From the IMG/VR virus record IMGVR_UViG_3300045988_172680: a stretch of DNA of 62,581 nucleotides; one strand, given 5' to 3'. The notes beneath the pieces are model-generated. The model had not been told where the DNA came from. It saw only the letters and a program-made list of their open reading frames with translations, and did no database searches. The first letter of the stretch is position 1. Each line of letters begins with the position of its first letter. Position numbers and translations under genes: made by a program. Shown here in pieces: positions 1 through 9,290 of the stretch. Origin of the DNA: a virus.

Positions 1-113
1 AGCCGGTCCAGCAGCCGGTCCAGCAGCCGGTCCAGCAGCCGGTCCAGCAGCCGGTCCAGCAGCCGGTACAGCAGCCGGTACAGCAGCCGGTACAGCAGCC
101 GGTACAGCAGCCG
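1..113. repeat. 12-bp tandem repeat (CAGCAGCCGGTC / CAGCAGCCGGTA)n, about 9 units, inside the scaffold gene
   Basis: Visible directly. The same unit ends the window at 62527..62581. Confidence 0.9.
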
Positions 114-869
114 CCCATCGACCCTTACATGCTTATGGCCCAGCAACAGCAGCGCCAGGCTGCGCTTATGACGCAGCAGACGCAGCAGATACAGCAGCTC
201 GCGCATGAACGCGATAGTCTCGCCAACCAGTTGGCCGAGATGCAGAAGCGCAATGCTGAGTTCGAAGTTGCCAACCAGCAGCAGGCCATGTTGGCGAGTC
301 TCGACAACGCCGATGAGCTGAACGCTTTGGAGACGGTGGACCCTGCCGACGCCCGGCGTATCGCTGTTATGACAGCGCGTATGCTGAAGCAGCCTATTGA
401 TGACGTTGCGGCTGAAGTCAAGGCCCAGCGTGAGAACATCGAACGCAATCGTGTCGAAGCGCTCAACGCTACGCAGCAGGCACAGATAGCGCGTTACGCT
501 GGTGAAATCCTGCAAGTGCATCCTGATTTCTACAGCCTGTTCAATGACCAGGCTTTCCTGCAATATCTCCAGGAACCTGATGGTCTGAGCAGCCGGAGTC
601 GTGACCAGGCGGCTACGCAGGAGTTCTACGCCGGTAACACGCGCTATGTCATCGACATCGTGGACAAGTTCAAACAGAACCGTCCTGACAATGGCAAGGT
701 CACTACTGTGCCGCCTGTGCAGGTGGCGGGTGGGGCCGCTACTCCGGCGACTTCTTCTGCCGACAAACCCACTCTTACCTTGGCTGAACTCAACAGCCTG
801 TACCAAATGCGGCGGATTTCCCCGGATGAATACCGCACGCGGCTGAAAGAGCTGCGAGCCGCCGGATAA
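1..869 (+). CDS. Putative head scaffolding protein, 3' portion; the ORF continues in frame from 62395..62581 across the window junction
   Basis: In-frame continuation of the ORF starting at ATG 62395. (CAGCAGCCGGTC)n encodes a QQPV repeat, followed by a Q/E/A-rich predicted coiled-coil region. Lies between the portal and major capsid genes, as in T7-like head modules. Confidence 0.5.
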   Translation, partial: PVQQPVQQPVQQPVQQPVQQPVQQPVQQPVQQPVQQPPIDPYMLMAQQQQRQAALMTQQTQQIQQLAHERDSLANQLAEMQKRNAEFEVANQQQAMLASLDNADELNALETVDPADARRIAVMTARMLKQPIDDVAAEVKAQRENIERNRVEALNATQQAQIARYAGEILQVHPDFYSLFNDQAFLQYLQEPDGLSSRSRDQAATQEFYAGNTRYVIDIVDKFKQNRPDNGKVTTVPPVQVAGGAATPATSSADKPTLTLAELNSLYQMRRISPDEYRTRLKELRAAG

Positions 870-887
870 CCTTCAAGGAGCTTTTCC

Positions 888-1841
888 ATGCCTATTTTCC
901 CCAGCGCAAGCGGGTACACCGGCATTGAGGCCACACCTCTCGCCCGTGTCGACTACAGCGACCACATTCTGTCCCGCGTGTATGAAAACGACTGGCTGCC
1001 GCGTATCACGGCGTCTGAACTTCTGGAACCTGTGACCAGATGTAACCAGACCATCCAGCTCATGTATGCCCCTGAAGTGGGCCCGCTGCGTTCGTACCAG
1101 AAGAACCAGCAGCTTGTGCCCAACACTGTCAGCACGCAGGCGCGTTGTCTGAGCATTTGCTACATGGGCTATCAGGACATCAAGTTCGACTCCACCGACA
1201 TCAAGATGGCTTGCGAGCGCTGGCCCAGTTACGAAGAAAAACTTCTGGAATCCATGTACCAGTCGTATGTGGGCACCATGCGCACTTTCGTCCTGGGCCG
1301 CATGATGGCCGAAGTTTCTCCGCGCACGAGTCTCGACCTCGCTGGTATGAACCAGGACGTGAATCTGGGCAAGCCCGGCCAACCTGTGCATGTGACGCCG
1401 CAGAATCTTCCCAAGGTTCTGGCTGACCTCCAGCGCGTCCTCATCGAGTCCAAGCGCTGGGTCGACAATGAAATGTTCATCATCGTGCCGCCGCAGCTCC
1501 GCACCTATCTCGCCATGTCCAACTACAGCAACAGCCTGTACAGTTGTAACTGTGGCGGCATCGTGTCCGGTATGTGGGACCACCCGCTCATGGGCTTCAC
1601 GGTTATCGAATCCATCCATGTGCCTGTGGTGCGCGACCAGTCCGGTAGCCTCTGTTTCTTCATCCTCGCGGGCCATAAGGAAGCCACCGCGTATGCTTCC
1701 AACATCATCGAGGCCCGACTCAATACCAGCGACCCCAACAGCTTCGGTGTGCGGTACCAGTACCTCGTGGCCTGGGGCGCCGAAGTCATCTACCCCGATG
1801 CCCTTGCGATGGGCTACTGGACTTTCGACCCTATCAACTAG
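888..1841 (+). CDS. Major capsid protein, T7 gp10-like
   Basis: RBS AAGGAG upstream. 317 aa immediately after the scaffold gene. Motif correspondences with T7 gp10A: EMFIIVPPQLRTYL versus VFYCDPDSYSAIL, and PLMGFTVIESIHVPVV versus NVMGFEVVEVPHL. Confidence 0.65.
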   Translation: MPIFPSASGYTGIEATPLARVDYSDHILSRVYENDWLPRITASELLEPVTRCNQTIQLMYAPEVGPLRSYQKNQQLVPNTVSTQARCLSICYMGYQDIKFDSTDIKMACERWPSYEEKLLESMYQSYVGTMRTFVLGRMMAEVSPRTSLDLAGMNQDVNLGKPGQPVHVTPQNLPKVLADLQRVLIESKRWVDNEMFIIVPPQLRTYLAMSNYSNSLYSCNCGGIVSGMWDHPLMGFTVIESIHVPVVRDQSGSLCFFILAGHKEATAYASNIIEARLNTSDPNSFGVRYQYLVAWGAEVIYPDALAMGYWTFDPIN

Positions 1842-1853
1842 GAGAACCAGACA

Positions 1854-2675
1854 ATGGCTAACATCAATATGTTCCGAGGCGGTACGCCCGATTTCAAGGG
1901 TTGGTTCTGCCGGGGCGATTGGCCCGAGTTCAAGCCGCCTTTCAGCGCCCCTCATGCGGCCTTCACTCCCCCGTATGACTCCCATGCCGATGCTGCTTAT
2001 GGGCAGGGTTATCTCAACCTCCATTTCCCCCTGGTGCCCAATCTGGCGGATACCTACGGCCACAACTGGATGCGCACTGCGCTGAAGAAAGTTGCCGCTG
2101 TCGGTGATACCATCATGCTCAACTGGGTCCCGCTGCGGGCCTGGGTCGAAGCCATCCATTATGAAGTGTCTGCTACGGACAAAAATCTGGATGGTGTGTA
2201 CATCAAACCGTGCGCCATGCGTGTCTCGTGGGACTTCGCCACCGAAGACTGGAAGTACGAAGAAATCGCCGAGTTCGATACTGCTGTGACCAACAGCGGC
2301 ATCACGCAGTTCCCGCTGGGTACCCCCGAAGAAGGCGACAAGCTGTGGGGTCTGGCCCGCCTTGGTCTGCCCGAAGTGTCTTCCACGTCCAAATCGACCG
2401 TGCAGGGTGATCCCGGCAATGTGACCGGTGTGGAAACCACCACCGAATCCAAGTCTCTGGGCGCTCTGCCTTGCACCTTCGGGCATAACATGGTGAAATA
2501 CGACGAACAGGGCAATGCCACCGAAGGTCTTGACGAACACTACGGCGCGGTGCTGCTGGGCTACAAGTTCGTGGCCGGTGATGTGGAACGCCTCAAGACC
2601 GTGTGGAAGTCCAACATCGCCGTGTACATGTCGGCCAAGCTGTTCGCCTTCGAAGGCTCCACGCAGGTCGGCTAA
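1854..2675 (+). CDS. Hypothetical virion protein (273 aa)
   Basis: ORF with RBS, follows the capsid gene within the structural operon. Confidence 0.4.
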   Translation: MANINMFRGGTPDFKGWFCRGDWPEFKPPFSAPHAAFTPPYDSHADAAYGQGYLNLHFPLVPNLADTYGHNWMRTALKKVAAVGDTIMLNWVPLRAWVEAIHYEVSATDKNLDGVYIKPCAMRVSWDFATEDWKYEEIAEFDTAVTNSGITQFPLGTPEEGDKLWGLARLGLPEVSSTSKSTVQGDPGNVTGVETTTESKSLGALPCTFGHNMVKYDEQGNATEGLDEHYGAVLLGYKFVAGDVERLKTVWKSNIAVYMSAKLFAFEGSTQVG

Positions 2676-2687
2676 GGAGGAATTGCC

Positions 2688-2909
2688 ATGGCTAACGTCG
2701 CCAACACCAAGGCTACGGGTCCGGCGTCTAAGGACGCTGTTTCCGGCGGCAGTACCTTTACCCCTCGTTTCAAGGCGCAGACTGGCCCCATCAAGGAGCT
2801 GTCCAACAGTTCTGAAGATGCCCGGCGCACCATCATGGGGCTGCGGGTCGCCAGTACCGGCTTCGGTAACGACCCCGGCTCGGCTTTCCTGAAGAAGCCG
2901 TCTGCGTAG
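2688..2909 (+). CDS. Hypothetical protein (73 aa)
   Basis: RBS GGAGGAATTGCC then ATG. Small ORF in the structural operon. Confidence 0.4.
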   Translation: MANVANTKATGPASKDAVSGGSTFTPRFKAQTGPIKELSNSSEDARRTIMGLRVASTGFGNDPGSAFLKKPSA

Positions 2910-2947
2910 GTTCCATACCCTCCACCCATACAAAGGAGAACAGCACT

Positions 2948-3451
2948 ATGTATCAGCCTCCCGTCGATGCCACCCCTGTCCCGCCCCAGGACTTGCATAA
3001 CATCCTCGATGTCCGTGACACCACTGCGCGGCAGCAAGCCCTTTACGCCGCAGGTGCGAAGAACGCGGTTCCTCCGTTGCCGCGTTCTTCGCACCTGCGC
3101 AGCAAGAAGAACGGTATCGTCTTTCCTTGGGATGCGACACTGGCCGAGCAGCGTGACATCATGGAATGCTGCGATAGCAACGGCAACACAGACCCCAAGG
3201 CGTGGCTTGCCACCGTCAATCCGGCGGAATATACGCCTGCCGAACGTGACGCTCTGCTGGCCGAAGCGCAGGCCACGGTCATCAAACAGGCCCAGACGTT
3301 TTCTGGTGAGCATAAGCCCACGATGGAAGAAATCACGGCCTCGAAAAGCGTCGAAGAAGCTACCCGTATGCCCTACGCGGCCCAGCCTCTCGACACCTAC
3401 TACCACGGTATCGAGGCTGACATCGCGGCCCTGCTCCAGTCTGCGGAGTAA
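2948..3451 (+). CDS. Hypothetical virion protein (167 aa)
   Basis: RBS AAAGGAGAA. In the structural operon. Confidence 0.4.
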   Translation: MYQPPVDATPVPPQDLHNILDVRDTTARQQALYAAGAKNAVPPLPRSSHLRSKKNGIVFPWDATLAEQRDIMECCDSNGNTDPKAWLATVNPAEYTPAERDALLAEAQATVIKQAQTFSGEHKPTMEEITASKSVEEATRMPYAAQPLDTYYHGIEADIAALLQSAE

Positions 3452-3457
3452 TCTTCC

Positions 3458-4147
3458 ATGAAGGTATCTACCATCATCCTGGAAGTATCCCGGGACCTCA
3501 ATGACCAGGAACCCGGGTATGCCTTCACGCATTGGGTGTATTCCCAGTTGCAGTCTTATCTGGCCGAAGCCCTGCTCATGGTGAGCGAACGCTTCAGCGA
3601 CAGATTCATGCAGCACAAAATCGTGAAGCTGGTTCCTGGAGAAGTATGGCAGAAGACCTGCGATTGCGAGCGTATCGAACGTATCCTGGGTGAAGTCACA
3701 CGGGACGGGCAACAGATTCTCCGTAAGCTGTCCCGTGTGACCGATGATGAAGACAACACCTGGAGTGGCCCTGCTTCGCAGTGTCACAGCGGCGGGGCCC
3801 TTACCGGGTATTCCATCAGTGCCACGGTGGACAATATGTTTCGGGTATATCCCGGAGTATCGCGGTCTGACCGCGTCGACCACTATGTCCTCGTGGAGTG
3901 CTATGTCATCCCTGATGGGTACGATGACGACACCGATGTCCCTGCTGCACTCGTGCCTATGGTCAAGCAGTGGATGCTGTACAGGGCCCTGAGCATGGAC
4001 AGTGAGAACAACCCCACCATCACGCAGCTTGCGGCATCTCACAGAGATACCTATTTCAAGCTGGTCGAAGCTGAGACAGCCCGCAGACTGCTGGAGGAAA
4101 ATGCTGATGGTCGTGTACGAGCCGTTTCCAACAACGCCGCTAAGTGA
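3458..4147 (+). CDS. Hypothetical virion protein (229 aa)
   Basis: ORF contiguous with the previous gene's stop. Confidence 0.4.
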   Translation: MKVSTIILEVSRDLNDQEPGYAFTHWVYSQLQSYLAEALLMVSERFSDRFMQHKIVKLVPGEVWQKTCDCERIERILGEVTRDGQQILRKLSRVTDDEDNTWSGPASQCHSGGALTGYSISATVDNMFRVYPGVSRSDRVDHYVLVECYVIPDGYDDDTDVPAALVPMVKQWMLYRALSMDSENNPTITQLAASHRDTYFKLVEAETARRLLEENADGRVRAVSNNAAK

Positions 4148-4757
4148 GTTCCATGCCGAACTGCGGTTCGAATGGAAAGACCTTCCGGCGGAGCTGTTCG
4201 ATTATTACTTGCTCCGTACTGCCATCGAGATGTGCCGCAAGGCGCCCCTTGTGACGCGGACGGTGCGAATCAAATTGCAGCCTGGGGTCACTCGGTATGC
4301 AGTGAAATCGCCTGATGGGATGGAAATGACGGCCCTGACAGGCGTTTCGCATCATCCGACAAGCGGCGACAGTTGCCTCCATGATGTACGCAGAACTCTC
4401 GTAGCCACAGAAGAGTGGCCCCGTTTGCACGGGGACAAGGTCTGGTATGACCCTGACGAACAAGTTCTCCATGCGTGCATGTGCGACTGTGGCGGAGAAC
4501 TTCGCGTGTCCATGGGTGTGGTCCCTGGGCGCAATAGCTGCGCTCTTCCGAGCCAGTTCGAGCATGAACTTTTTCCTGCCCTCATCATGGGGACGCGTGC
4601 TTCCATCATGCTCATCACAGGTCGTCCGTGGACCAATCTCAAAGTCGGCAGCGAATTGTATGCCGAGTTCCGGCGTATGCTGGGCAAACTGGCCCAGGAC
4701 GCTGCCTTGCAAGGACAACGCGGAATCATCAAGATGGGGTTCGGCAGAGCCCTTTAA
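4107..4757 (+). CDS. Hypothetical virion protein (about 216 aa)
   Basis: Start trimmed to the ATG preceded by GGAGG. Overlaps the 3' end of the previous gene. Confidence 0.35.
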   Translation: MVVYEPFPTTPLSEFHAELRFEWKDLPAELFDYYLLRTAIEMCRKAPLVTRTVRIKLQPGVTRYAVKSPDGMEMTALTGVSHHPTSGDSCLHDVRRTLVATEEWPRLHGDKVWYDPDEQVLHACMCDCGGELRVSMGVVPGRNSCALPSQFEHELFPALIMGTRASIMLITGRPWTNLKVGSELYAEFRRMLGKLAQDAALQGQRGIIKMGFGRAL

Positions 4758-4776
4758 CCCCGGATAAAAACACGAA

Positions 4777-4811
4777 GGCCCCCGTTCCCATCAGGAAACG
4801 GGGGCCTTTCC
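4777..4811 (+). terminator. Rho-independent terminator
   Basis: GGCCCCCGTT, then loop CCCATCAGGAA, then ACGGGGGCC followed by TTTCC. Confidence 0.6.
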
Positions 4812-5033
4812 GCAAGCTCATAACGCGCACATGGCCGAGCGTACCAAGAGATGTGTGACGCGGTGAGACCCGTAAGGAAAGCCTCACCGCGTCGGCGGAG
4901 AACAGCACCATGTTCATCAGCCCGTCCGGCATCTCTGTCGTCGAAGCCCATTTAACCGCAGCGCCTCCGTAAAGTCAAGCGCTCTTTTCTTTTAAGTACG
5001 GATGCGGTATCACTTTCAACAGAGGTGACACTG

Positions 5034-6368
5034 ATGAAAGATAAATGTTCCCCCCGCATGGCATTCGATTGCGATGGAAGTATCCTTCAGGAATCGAAGG
5101 CCCCGTCTCGTTGCCCCGATTTTTCGTTGTGTCTCCCCTGGGGAGGACGTTTGTGGCAAGAGAACGGTTGCCTGAAGATGCAGCCCGGAACGCCGCCGCC
5201 TGATGGTACCTACGACCGCATCATCATAGCCGACGGATGTATCGTTGGTCTGGAGAAAGCTGACGTGGCGCTGTATGTGCCTCCGTCCTGTACGGAAGTT
5301 CCTGCCGATTGTGCATCGTCCGGTGAAGACGTTTCCATATGTGACGCTTCTACGCTGGCCGGTAATCTCTACACCTGCGATGCTTCTGGGCGTCCGTTGG
5401 TGCGGTGCACCATCAAGGGTGCGGACGGCATCGTCGTCAGCGGCAGCGGCACCACTTCTGACCCATACCGTATCAAGGCCAACATCTCTGCGGAGACGTT
5501 GCGCATCGTAGCTGGTAACAACGGCGTTACCGTTTCCGGCGCCGGGACTGCTGACGATGCTCTGGTCATTGCGCACAAGACCGGTGGTCTCAACACCACC
5601 GTGAACGGTATGCGCTTCGACCAATACGGTCATTTGGTGGAATACACGGAACCGACTACGTCTGGCACGGTGAATGCCCTCGTTCCTGGTGACGGTATAG
5701 ACGTATCCACTGACAACAAGACCGGAATCGCTACGGTCTCTCTGAGCAAACCGGCGAATGCGCTGGAAGGCATCTACCAGCTCGGTGGTTACGACATCCA
5801 GCTCGACCTCAAGAATCGTATTTTCAACCTGACGCAGAGCATCAACGTCCAAGCGCAGACGTATGCTTTTGGGCCTTTCAACGTGGAGCTGAACGCGCTT
5901 GGCTCTGTGGTGGCTATCGAAGATACGCAACGCCCTGATGCCATCCATACTCTGCTCCCTGCCCCTGCCGGAGACATCGTGCGGCAGGTCATCGGTTTCA
6001 CCTTGCGCACTGCCGTGCCCATCGTCATCGACATCTTGACCGTCGCGACCAGAGAATGGATTTCGCAGCTCCAGGTCCGGCTCGATGGTACGCCTCAGTC
6101 CAACATCCTGCGGTGCAGCACCACGGCCACGGCTGAGACTACTGTGAGTGGGACCGATGACCCGCATACAGCCGAGACCACGCTCGACTTTTCGTCCACC
6201 GTCCTTGCGCGTGTGCAGCCCGCCGGTGTGTGGATGGCAGGGGAGCATGAGCTCATCCTGCATTCGGATTCCGGGTTCCCTTCCGGGTATCCGGTGAGTC
6301 TTCATATACGCCCTGCTGGCGGCGTAGACTCTGTCAACAAGTACAAAGCTGAAGAACTCTGGGATTGA
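5034..6368 (+). CDS. Putative tail protein (about 445 aa)
   Basis: ATG with AGAGGTG RBS (the track ORF begins at an upstream GTG, 5025). Ser/Thr/Gly-rich beta-type composition. Follows the head genes as the T7 tail-tube genes do. Confidence 0.4.
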   Translation: MKDKCSPRMAFDCDGSILQESKAPSRCPDFSLCLPWGGRLWQENGCLKMQPGTPPPDGTYDRIIIADGCIVGLEKADVALYVPPSCTEVPADCASSGEDVSICDASTLAGNLYTCDASGRPLVRCTIKGADGIVVSGSGTTSDPYRIKANISAETLRIVAGNNGVTVSGAGTADDALVIAHKTGGLNTTVNGMRFDQYGHLVEYTEPTTSGTVNALVPGDGIDVSTDNKTGIATVSLSKPANALEGIYQLGGYDIQLDLKNRIFNLTQSINVQAQTYAFGPFNVELNALGSVVAIEDTQRPDAIHTLLPAPAGDIVRQVIGFTLRTAVPIVIDILTVATREWISQLQVRLDGTPQSNILRCSTTATAETTVSGTDDPHTAETTLDFSSTVLARVQPAGVWMAGEHELILHSDSGFPSGYPVSLHIRPAGGVDSVNKYKAEELWD

Positions 6369-6371
6369 CCC

Positions 6372-8051
6372 ATGAATATCACCCTCTCCAGTTTCGGCGG
6401 TATCATCCCGCGATTGTCTGACCATTCGCTGGCGCCGACCCAGGCGACCATGGCCCACGACGCACTGCTGCGCAATGGTCGCCTGGAAGCGTGGCGTGAA
6501 AAGCTCCCCCTGTATGATACTGTCGAGAATGCGCGGTCGTTCCATATGCACGGCTGCTGCATGGTGTCGTGGGCAGACAAAGTCATGGCTGCTGACCTCA
6601 ACCCTGACCACCTGTCGTTCTATATCACAGGACGTGAAGGGTATGGGCTCGAAGTCGTGGAACTCTCCAACTACCGTTCCTGCCAGCCTGTGTACTACTA
6701 TGCTGGCGTACCGGCACCGATGTATCCGCCTGTGGCCTCCGCACCTGAGCAGTGCAGTCGTGAAGCCGACGCCCGGGCCTATGTCTACACCTACGTCAAT
6801 GCCCGGATGGAAGAGAGCGCTCCGTCCCCGGCCAGCAATATCGTGCGGGTCGAAGATGGTAGTGGTGTGACGGTTTCGGGGATAGTCAACCCGCCCGAAG
6901 GTTACGGCATCAAGTGGGTGTATCTCTACAGAGCCGCCACCGGTTTCAGACCGGCAGACGGTAAGGTGCAGAAGAAGCTGACCGCGTTCTTGTTCGTCGC
7001 TGCCCTGCCTGTCGGGATGTCTTCCTTCATTGATACGACTGAGACAGCCTATCTCGGCGCCGCACTGGAGACCCAGGAAGACCGTATGCCGCCTGACAGG
7101 ATGCAAGGTGTGGTCTCTGTCCGAGACAGCATCCGGCTTGCCGGGTGGAGAAACAACAAGGTTTTCCTGTCGGAAGTTTTTCAGCCGCATAATTGGCCCG
7201 CGAAGTACGACCTTACTCTGGACCATAACATCATCCACATGGGGGAGCAGGATTTCAAGCTCTATGTCACCACCGATGGTTCCCCGTACATCATCGACAT
7301 ATCGAGCTGTGATGATACCAAATGCACCCCAGTCATCAGCATCGACACGCCGTTGCCTGACATCGGCTGTCGCTATGCCAATGCTGCTGTGATGACCCGT
7401 CACGGATTCATCTATGCCTCCACGATGGGTCTTGTCCTGCTCACCGGTACCGGCGCCTGGCATGTCATCACAAAGAAATGGTTTGGTGAACGAGACTGGC
7501 AACGCATCAAGCCCGATACCATCCGCATGGCGTACTGGGAAGGTTTCCTCTTTTTCGCTACGGATGTGGTGACGTTCATGCTGGATATTGACAGCGACCC
7601 CTTCGGCGATATGAAAGGTGCCGAGCTTGTCACATTGTCCGACAGACCGGTCGCATGTCTCACATCGAACACAGGTAAGCTCCTGCTGCTGGAAGATGAC
7701 AAGGTATGGGGCTGGGACAGTGCGGCGTGGTACAGGCCGTACATGTGGCGCAGCAGACCGCTTACGTCCGGTGGCGATGCCGTGGGCCAGAACAGTCTCG
7801 ATAATGCCGGACCCGCCCGTGGCGTCGCCTGGGCCCCCGTATCCTGCAAGGTGGGTGGCGGCCCTGTGGATGTGACCATCAAAAACCCCCACGACGGCGC
7901 CATGCTGGACAGGATGGTCAGGGAAGAAAAGCCTGTGCGCATCCAGCGTATGGGACGGCACCTTTGGTACACTGTGACGTTACGCGGAGTGGAGCCCGTA
8001 CACTTCATCGACATCGGCACAGCACATTTCACCGTCAACGACGGGCGCTAA
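6372..8051 (+). CDS. Putative tail/nozzle protein (559 aa)
   Basis: Large ORF contiguous with the previous gene. Position within the structural module. Confidence 0.4.
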   Translation: MNITLSSFGGIIPRLSDHSLAPTQATMAHDALLRNGRLEAWREKLPLYDTVENARSFHMHGCCMVSWADKVMAADLNPDHLSFYITGREGYGLEVVELSNYRSCQPVYYYAGVPAPMYPPVASAPEQCSREADARAYVYTYVNARMEESAPSPASNIVRVEDGSGVTVSGIVNPPEGYGIKWVYLYRAATGFRPADGKVQKKLTAFLFVAALPVGMSSFIDTTETAYLGAALETQEDRMPPDRMQGVVSVRDSIRLAGWRNNKVFLSEVFQPHNWPAKYDLTLDHNIIHMGEQDFKLYVTTDGSPYIIDISSCDDTKCTPVISIDTPLPDIGCRYANAAVMTRHGFIYASTMGLVLLTGTGAWHVITKKWFGERDWQRIKPDTIRMAYWEGFLFFATDVVTFMLDIDSDPFGDMKGAELVTLSDRPVACLTSNTGKLLLLEDDKVWGWDSAAWYRPYMWRSRPLTSGGDAVGQNSLDNAGPARGVAWAPVSCKVGGGPVDVTIKNPHDGAMLDRMVREEKPVRIQRMGRHLWYTVTLRGVEPVHFIDIGTAHFTVNDGR

Positions 8052-8066
8052 CAGGAGAACGACACC

Positions 8067-8537
8067 ATGGACTATCGCATCGACATTCTGGAACCCGACA
8101 AGGACATCAACATCGCCCTGGACGATTTGACGCGAGAGTTCGCCCCGCTTTACACGGCGTCCTGGGTCAACGAAAAGCAGCGCATCTACGGCAAGCCATT
8201 CGACATGAACGTGCAGACGTTCGCACAGCTCTGGTTCACCAAGGCACTGAAGATTTTCATGGCCTGGGATGAGCATGACAAGCCCGTCGGGTACCTCATC
8301 GGCATCCCGTTCCGCCCGCTGGCGTACAACTCGCAGGTGTTCCAAATCGAAGACTGGTACGCTGGCGGGGACAAGCTGTGTGAAGGGGAACTGTTCCGCT
8401 ACATGGAAAATGCCGTGCGTTTCATGGGTTGCGATGAAGTCTGGATTTCTCTGGGCGAACACGAACATGCCCCCAATCTGAGCATCCGTTGGCGCGAGGC
8501 TTCGCGCACCACGCAGATTCGCTACACCAACAGCTAG
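8067..8537 (+). CDS. Hypothetical protein (156 aa), possibly GNAT-like
   Basis: ORF with RBS GGAGAACGACACC. Weak GNAT-like beta-strand pattern (VGYLIGIP); function not assignable. Confidence 0.3.
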   Translation: MDYRIDILEPDKDINIALDDLTREFAPLYTASWVNEKQRIYGKPFDMNVQTFAQLWFTKALKIFMAWDEHDKPVGYLIGIPFRPLAYNSQVFQIEDWYAGGDKLCEGELFRYMENAVRFMGCDEVWISLGEHEHAPNLSIRWREASRTTQIRYTNS

Positions 8538-8552
8538 AAGAAGGTTTGACTT

Positions 8553-9284
8553 ATGGTCATGGCAAACAATACCGAGTGTAACCCCAAACGAGGCGTAAAC
8601 GATTCTGAACGTAGCCTTTTTGGGGAAATCTTGTCCGCTGCCGCTCTGGCTGCCGCGACCATAAGTGCCTACAAGGCTTATGACATCGCCATCCAAGAAT
8701 GGGAAATGGCAAAGAAATACTGGCGGATAGCCCAGAACTGGATGGACTACTACCAGAATGCCTACGCTCCCGTCGAAGACCAGGAGATAGATGAAGCTCT
8801 GAACCTGGAAGTGGCGGAACCCTTGTATGATATAGCGCGGGGGCGGGCCAGAACGAGCGCATGGATAGAGTTCCAGGGCAAGCTGCGTAAACCCATGCGT
8901 TGCCTGAGCCGGTACTGCACCGGTCTGCGTGGAGACATACTCACACAGGTGATGATGGCCCAGGCCGATGCCGTGGCTATGGCGGATGGTCTGGGGTATC
9001 GTAACGAGCGCGCCTATGTCGAGACGCGCAACGACGTACGGTTCGAGAAGATGCTGAATACGGCGAAACGTGGGCGTGACATCATCACAGATGTGGTGTC
9101 TCTCGGTGCCGCATCAGCGGGTATCTATGGAGACCTCCTTGACCAGACATGGCAGGGCCTTGTAGGCGCTGGCAAGTATCTTGGTTATGAACTGAACCGC
9201 AACCCGACGCATTATCCTACGACGTATCTCGCTGGTAATGTCGTTACGCAACAGCCTGCTCGCGAAGCGCCCAAAGGAGGGTAG
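8553..9284 (+). CDS. Hypothetical virion protein (243 aa)
   Basis: C-terminal motif HYPTTYLAGN is shared with the next gene, suggesting paralogy. Confidence 0.4.
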   Translation: MVMANNTECNPKRGVNDSERSLFGEILSAAALAAATISAYKAYDIAIQEWEMAKKYWRIAQNWMDYYQNAYAPVEDQEIDEALNLEVAEPLYDIARGRARTSAWIEFQGKLRKPMRCLSRYCTGLRGDILTQVMMAQADAVAMADGLGYRNERAYVETRNDVRFEKMLNTAKRGRDIITDVVSLGAASAGIYGDLLDQTWQGLVGAGKYLGYELNRNPTHYPTTYLAGNVVTQQPAREAPKGG

Positions 9285-9290
9285 TAACCT

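Noticed and set aside
5016-7961. Very long antisense ORFs (873..2933, 5016..7961, 12319..16020, 15315..18170 and 18682..20712 on minus; 21627..23462, 23466..24644, 27094..28395, 29643..30809, 31841..32998 and 35056..36024 on plus; 43439..44611, 50772..52442, 52391..53497 and 58476..60302 on minus; and others)
   Set aside because: They lie opposite well-supported genes that have RBSs and recognisable domains. Their products are Arg/Gly/His/Pro-rich, typical of stop-poor reverse frames in high-GC DNA. They have no RBS and no domain signatures.
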